From: Spirochaetales bacterium
GTDB taxonomy: Bacteria > Spirochaetota > Spirochaetia > SZUA-6 > DRHE01
Length of the DNA stretch: 64,000 bases
Direction of reading: 5' to 3'
Assembly (NCBI GenBank): GCA_030615505.1
Contig: JAUWZD010000002.1
Location: 2,436-66,435 of the forward strand
Each line of letters opens with the position of its first letter. Positions within the stretch are counted from its first letter, which is position 1. The position numbers and the translations under genes were made by a program. This document shows positions 59,896 to 64,000 of the stretch, one piece after another. The notes beneath the pieces were generated by a model. That model saw only the letters and a program-made list of their open reading frames with translations, was not told the origin of the DNA and searched no databases.

Positions 59896-60258
59896 TTACC
59901 AAGTAAGTTTTTCTTGGCTAGCTTCTAATTGTTCTCTATACATCATAAAAATAGTCGAATAATTGCACATGCCAATTGAGCAATATGTCTCAATTACATT
60001 ATCTAATAATTTTCTGTTTTTCGCTTTCATCAATTTCTTAAATGCCTCAAGCTCTTCCTTTTCCATCATCCGTAATATTAACGGATCACCCATGCCGATA
60101 GCAGTATAGGTTTTTTTAACGTTCTCCTGAATAAAGGCGATAACTTCCTGTTTTTCTTTATCCGTTCCCTTGAAATCTAATGGATGAATAAAATCATCAG
60201 CAAATAGAGGCGCACAAACAAAAAATATAACAGTCAAGATAAATGCTTTTTTCTTCAT
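59896..60258 (-). CDS. Small secreted protein (accessory gene).
   Basis: Signal peptide MKKKAFILTVIFFVCAPLFA, SD AGGAGG. Low GC. Confidence 0.45.
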   Translation of the reverse strand: MKKKAFILTVIFFVCAPLFADDFIHPLDFKGTDKEKQEVIAFIQENVKKTYTAIGMGDPLILRMMEKEELEAFKKLMKAKNRKLLDNVIETYCSIGMCNYSTIFMMYREQLEASQEKLTW

Positions 60259-60293
60259 CTTTCCTATCCTCCTAGTTCCAACAAGGTAAAAAG

Positions 60294-60842
60294 TTAATTT
60301 AGCTTAAATTCAATCCAATGATTAACTATATAATCATCGCTTATATTCATTTCATGGGTGATCCACATTTCCGGGAACCATTTACCTACTATTAGCGTGC
60401 TGAAAGGAGCAAAGATAAGCTTTTTCTCTCCTTCATGAATTACATAATATGGGTCAAATTTCCTCTCGCCAATATTACTTTGAACATTATAGTCTTTGAC
60501 TAATTGATCGTTTATTTTCTTGAAATCCTCCCTATATTTAGCTTCGTCTCTGTATTCTCTAGAATCAAAAAACCAGTCAATATATACGAGTTCTTTATGC
60601 TGATTAAAATTAAAAACGACTTCAACATTTTCTTCAGCATAGTGCAAGCCTTTATATCGAAACTCGAAAGCATAAGGATGTTCTATTTCCTTGGTAGGCT
60701 CTCCATATTTCTCTTTTACATCTTCCAGAAACATATTCCAGTCAATTTCAAAAGGAAGCGTTAATTTTGATTCTGCAAAGACAAAGACAGCTATAAAAAG
60801 CAATAGAACGGTAATTGCGAAAGTGCCGATTATCTTTTTCAT
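60294..60842 (-). CDS. Secreted protein (accessory gene).
   Basis: Signal peptide MKKIIGTFAITVLLLFIAVFVFA, AGGAGG SD at ATG 60842. About 35% GC. Confidence 0.45.
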   Translation of the reverse strand: MKKIIGTFAITVLLLFIAVFVFAESKLTLPFEIDWNMFLEDVKEKYGEPTKEIEHPYAFEFRYKGLHYAEENVEVVFNFNQHKELVYIDWFFDSREYRDEAKYREDFKKINDQLVKDYNVQSNIGERKFDPYYVIHEGEKKLIFAPFSTLIVGKWFPEMWITHEMNISDDYIVNHWIEFKLN

Positions 60843-60956
60843 ATTTGCCTCCTGGTTCCAATATATCATTTCAAGTATTTTACATCCAGATAATTTTTAC
60901 AAGCAAAAAAATCAAAGATTATGCAGCCGGAGGCCGATTTTCGATATAAAGGGATT

Positions 60957-61325
60957 CTATGAATGAACCTGGTCAGTATTCTCTTTTTCTCTCCTAGCCT
61001 GTTCTGCCATCGATTTAAGTATTTCTCGAATAGCATTTAATTTGACATCGTTCAAGACCTTGAGATCTTCCACAATATCGGCGGGTGGAAGCCATTGAGC
61101 TTTTTTCCAAATTACCAAACTTTCAACAGTTGTTTCGAGAACTTTAGCAATCATGACGGCTCTATCCGCAGGAGGGAATCTATCCTCTGAAATCCAATTT
61201 GAAACTGTAGAAGATGCTAGATTTTCGCCAAATTTAAGAGCAATTGCTGCCCGAAGAGAAGCCCAACTATCATATCCCAATTCTTCCATCCTTTTTTCAA
61301 CTTTACCCCAGAAAAGGTTAATCAT
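60957..61325 (-). CDS. XRE-family HTH protein, putative prophage repressor.
   Basis: HTH ASSTVSNWISEDRFPPADRAVMIAKVL. Divergent from the early genes. Confidence 0.55.
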   Translation of the reverse strand: MINLFWGKVEKRMEELGYDSWASLRAAIALKFGENLASSTVSNWISEDRFPPADRAVMIAKVLETTVESLVIWKKAQWLPPADIVEDLKVLNDVKLNAIREILKSMAEQARREKENTDQVHS

Positions 61326-61412
61326 AATTTATTTATCGTAAATACGAGTAAAAAACGTAAATATTTTTATTTTACTATTGCATTATCTCGCAAACAGGAG
61401 TATAATCAGCTC

Positions 61413-61604
61413 ATGAAACGATCAAATGCTCCTAAACACGAGAATAAAAAACATCCTTTGACGGTGAACCTACCATTTACGGAAGAACAAGAGCGACTTT
61501 TCAATGAATATTGCCATAAATATCAAAAAATCAAAGGCCGTTTTGTTATAAGTCTTATTTTACAGGAAATCGAAAAAGAAGCTCTTGAGAGCGTGAAGAT
61601 ATAA
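61413..61604 (+). CDS. Small early protein (Cro-like position).
   Basis: 63 aa, the first gene divergent from the repressor. Confidence 0.3.
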   Translation: MKRSNAPKHENKKHPLTVNLPFTEEQERLFNEYCHKYQKIKGRFVISLILQEIEKEALESVKI

Positions 61605-61615
61605 GGAGCCAGTCC

Positions 61616-62113
61616 ATGAAGAATCCCATTGACTGTCCTACATTCCGAACATGCAATGCGATGCTTTGTCCCTTAGATGATGAAATCGAATATCGTTATT
61701 GGTATCCAGGAGAGAGTATTTGTTCTTACCAAGCTGCTAACAAGGGACTTGATTGGATTAGACGACAACGAGCCATTTCTAAAAAGGCAAAAAATAACGA
61801 AACCTGTTTTACCCTAAAGATGCTGAAGCGACATTGTAAGATTTGTAAGGGCATAGTTGGTATCAATCTTGAAAATGACCGAGAAACAGAGGAAAGACAG
61901 TGGCTTAAAAAACATCCAGAAATACGCAAAATGTCTGCTAAGGAAAAGACTAAAATAGCAGAACGTATGAATCTTGCGAGACACCGGAAAATATTGGCGT
62001 ATTCCGCTCAAAAAGAGGCTAAACGTGGGGCTTTAAATACCCCCGATGGAAAAAAGGTCTCTGGATACCCTAAACAAAAAGAACTATGGGAAATAACACG
62101 TACAGGCAAATAA
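61616..62113 (+). CDS. Hypothetical Cys-rich early protein.
   Basis: N-terminal CPTFRTCNAMLCP and CKICKG motifs. Basic C-terminus. Confidence 0.35.
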   Translation: MKNPIDCPTFRTCNAMLCPLDDEIEYRYWYPGESICSYQAANKGLDWIRRQRAISKKAKNNETCFTLKMLKRHCKICKGIVGINLENDRETEERQWLKKHPEIRKMSAKEKTKIAERMNLARHRKILAYSAQKEAKRGALNTPDGKKVSGYPKQKELWEITRTGK

Positions 62114-62125
62114 AGGAGCCAGCCC

Positions 62126-62713
62126 ATGCAGGACATGACGATTAAGCAGATAGCGGAGATATGCCAGGTAGACCAAAGAACAGTCCAATTATGGGCTAAT
62201 AAAGCGGGCGAAAATATTTCGTCCATCAAAGAAAGAATTTCGTCCAGTACATCAACATATCCAGCAAATTATACTCTTGACGAAACTCTTGCCATCATTC
62301 GAGCTGGTGGCCGTTCTACCTTAGCCGATCTCTTGGCCGAGAATGCTCAGCGATCGCAACCCTTGATCGGCGATACTCTAAGGGAACTAATTCCAGCAAT
62401 AACCGCAGCAATGACGGCTGCCATGGCACCACTAATCCGGGAACTACGGACGCCACAGGCTCCATCTCAGATGCGTCCGGGACAATTGGCTCTACTACCA
62501 GCGACCCCGCCATCCGGCGAATATTACACAATCAAAGCTTATGGTTCGATGCACGGTGTACATGTCAACAATACCAACGCCGTGATGCTTGGGCGTGAGG
62601 CTTCTAAGATTTCTCGTCAACGCAATATCGAAATTCGCAGAGTCCCTCACGAGGAATGGGGCGAAATCAATAGCTATCATATTTCAGTGCTCAAAGAAGT
62701 TTTCACGGTGTGA
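62126..62713 (+). CDS. HTH-domain early protein (possible antirepressor or regulatory protein).
   Basis: N-terminal IKQIAEICQVDQRTVQLWANKAG HTH. Confidence 0.4.
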   Translation: MQDMTIKQIAEICQVDQRTVQLWANKAGENISSIKERISSSTSTYPANYTLDETLAIIRAGGRSTLADLLAENAQRSQPLIGDTLRELIPAITAAMTAAMAPLIRELRTPQAPSQMRPGQLALLPATPPSGEYYTIKAYGSMHGVHVNNTNAVMLGREASKISRQRNIEIRRVPHEEWGEINSYHISVLKEVFTV

Positions 62714-62759
62714 AAAGCGCAAGCGTTGCTTGCAGTAAAAAATATAAGGAGGCACAAGT

Positions 62760-63002
62760 ATGAACGCAAAAGAATTAGCGGAGAAGAAAGCAGAGAGTAT
62801 TTCTAGGACTACAAAAATAATCGGTGAGATGCTCGATTCAGTTGGGGCCGAAGTCCAGAATTTTGAATGGGAGCTGTCCACCGTGGACGGAATTCATCAA
62901 TTCTTGACTATTAGAATTCTCTCACTACCACGCCCATACAAAGAAACAGGGACTCCCGATAAATGGCCATTTGGATTGAAAGACGAACCTGAGTTGAAAT
63001 AG
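62760..63002 (+). CDS. Hypothetical early protein.
   Basis: 80 aa, with an AAGGAGG SD. Confidence 0.35.
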   Translation: MNAKELAEKKAESISRTTKIIGEMLDSVGAEVQNFEWELSTVDGIHQFLTIRILSLPRPYKETGTPDKWPFGLKDEPELK

Positions 63003-63006
63003 TGCT

Positions 63007-63186
63007 CTATTCGTTCTTTAATTCCCCGGATTCAATATATTTCAAGAATTTTGTCGCTAAAGATTTAAGTTGTTCAAAGTCAAAAGCAATTCTTGGGCCT
63101 GTTGCATGGCCCGTTCTTATAGCTTCAATTTGCTTGAACCTTAAGGCGGCTTGCAATGCAGCAACCCGTTTTTCTTCATCTGTCAT
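63007..63186 (-). CDS. Small 59-aa protein, not in the ORF track.
   Basis: MTDEEKRVAALQAALRFKQIEAIRTGHATGPRIAFDFEQLKSLATKFLKYIESGELKNE, with an AGGAGGG SD 8 nt upstream. It competes with two overlapping plus-strand ORFs that lack an SD. Confidence 0.35.
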   Translation of the reverse strand: MTDEEKRVAALQAALRFKQIEAIRTGHATGPRIAFDFEQLKSLATKFLKYIESGELKNE

Positions 63187-63431
63187 AAAAATAGCCCTCC
63201 TTTTGGTTTTAGTTTCCCCTCCAAGTATTCTAAGCCATTTGGAGGGCTTTTACAAATTCCGGGGGATATTTGCTGTATGACCCTATCGCAGAAAAGAGCA
63301 AAAAGAGATCAAGAAATATCTTCTGCAAACAAGAGGCGTGTTGCCGACAAATTGCTATTTAGCGACATGGATCTAGAGGATGTCCATAATTATGAAGATA
63401 GAAGCGAATATAAACCAAGGAAGAGGCGGAG

Positions 63432-64000
63432 ATGAATAATATCGTGAGCCTCTCAGGAGGCAAGGACTCAACTGCGCTAGTCCACATGATGCTTGAGCGT
63501 GGAGAGCCTATTACAGATGTTGTTATGTTCGATACCGGCTGGGAATTCCCTCAAATGCACGACCATCTCAAGGAAATCGAGAGAAAGACCGGCATCACGA
63601 TTACCAGATTAAAGCCTGAAAAACCATTCACATATTTTCTGCTTGAACATCCGGTCAAGATCAGGAAAGGTCCCGAGAAAGGACAGATTAATAGAATCGG
63701 CAACGGCTGGCCTTCTCCTTTCCGTCGATGGTGTACAAGGATCAAGGTTGATACCATCGAGAAATACATCTCCAGATATAAAAATCCTGTCCAGCTCATC
63801 GGCTACGCTTACGAAGAAATGCATCGAATAAAATTCAATAGCAAATACCCGAAGCGATACCCGCTGATTGAATTGAAAATCACAGAAGATGATGCTCTGA
63901 AATATTGCCGGGAGCTCGGATATACCTGGGGCGGATTATACGATCATTTCAAGCGGGTGAGCTGCTTTTGCTGCCCGTTGCAAGGACTCAAGAATCTCAG
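63432..64000 (+). CDS. PAPS reductase / PP-loop ATP pyrophosphatase family protein (3' partial, runs off the window).
   Basis: SLSGGKDS PP-loop. Open frame to nt 64000. C-terminal CFCCP. Confidence 0.75.
   Translation, partial: MNNIVSLSGGKDSTALVHMMLERGEPITDVVMFDTGWEFPQMHDHLKEIERKTGITITRLKPEKPFTYFLLEHPVKIRKGPEKGQINRIGNGWPSPFRRWCTRIKVDTIEKYISRYKNPVQLIGYAYEEMHRIKFNSKYPKRYPLIELKITEDDALKYCRELGYTWGGLYDHFKRVSCFCCPLQGLKNL

Larger units (their letters stand above)
34088..64000. mobile_element. Integrated prophage adjacent to tRNA-Met. It consists of an integrase, a minus-strand lysis/tail/head/terminase late operon, an accessory-gene block, and a repressor with an early region. The right end lies beyond the window.
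   Basis: The gene content is listed in the features below. No attR copy of the tRNA 3' end was found inside the window. Confidence 0.75.

Noticed and set aside
59881-59902. TTG start at 59902 for the membrane-protein gene.
   Set aside because: ATG 59842 has a GGAGGT SD at ideal spacing. The TTG extension adds a hydrophilic leader overlapping the upstream gene.
63002-63435. Overlapping plus-strand ORFs 63002..63280 and 63151..63435.
   Set aside because: They conflict with each other and lack SDs. A minus-strand 59-aa ORF (63007..63186) with a strong SD explains the region better. A 52-aa plus ORF (63277..63435) remains possible.

Overview
This 64 kb bacterial chromosomal window (~50% GC) contains five recognisable blocks.

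- **Signal-transduction island (1.3–11.6 kb).** A 2045-aa protein combines a Ser/Thr kinase, a P-loop NTPase, GAF, HisKA, HATPase and two receiver domains. It is followed by a CheY-like receiver, a hybrid REC-PAS histidine kinase, a second receiver and an HD-GYP phosphodiesterase.
- **Mobile-element graveyard (11.6–15.2 kb).** It holds a GC-rich fragment, an IS91-family transposase N-terminal pseudogene and a frameshifted large serine recombinase.
- **Housekeeping block (15.2–34.0 kb).**
  - A PIN toxin/antitoxin pair and lon.
  - recO-thpR-nucleoside phosphorylase-recJ-M23 peptidase-rpsU.
  - An amino-acid ABC transporter.
  - modABC plus molybdenum-cofactor genes (MoeA-like, a Fur-family regulator, DUF364-like, moaA, moaC, MOSC, moaB).
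- **tRNA.** An initiator-type tRNA-Met (CAT) lies at 34088–34160.
- **Prophage (34.2–64 kb, continuing past the window end).** It starts with a tyrosine integrase beside the tRNA. A minus-strand late operon follows, with lambda-like head genes (TerS, GpA-type TerL, W, portal B, S49 protease C, D-like, E-like capsid) and Mu/P2-like contractile-tail and baseplate genes, plus an overlapped spanin pair. Next come a low-GC block of accessory genes, an XRE repressor with a divergent early region, and a 3'-truncated PAPS-reductase-like gene.

The most unusual signal is a family of short repeat elements built from 11-bp CCCRCAGGRTG units ending in (AAACC)n-A. At least four copies are present, and two of them can be excised on paper to restore intact coding sequence, which implies recent precise insertion. 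Other observations worth a second look are:

- heptanucleotide repeat tracts in the signalling locus;
- a lysis-like cassette (membrane protein, papain-like peptidase, membrane protein) inside the phage head module;
- a -1 frameshift site in the tail chaperone gene;
- a promoter/operator palindrome at the start of the late operon.
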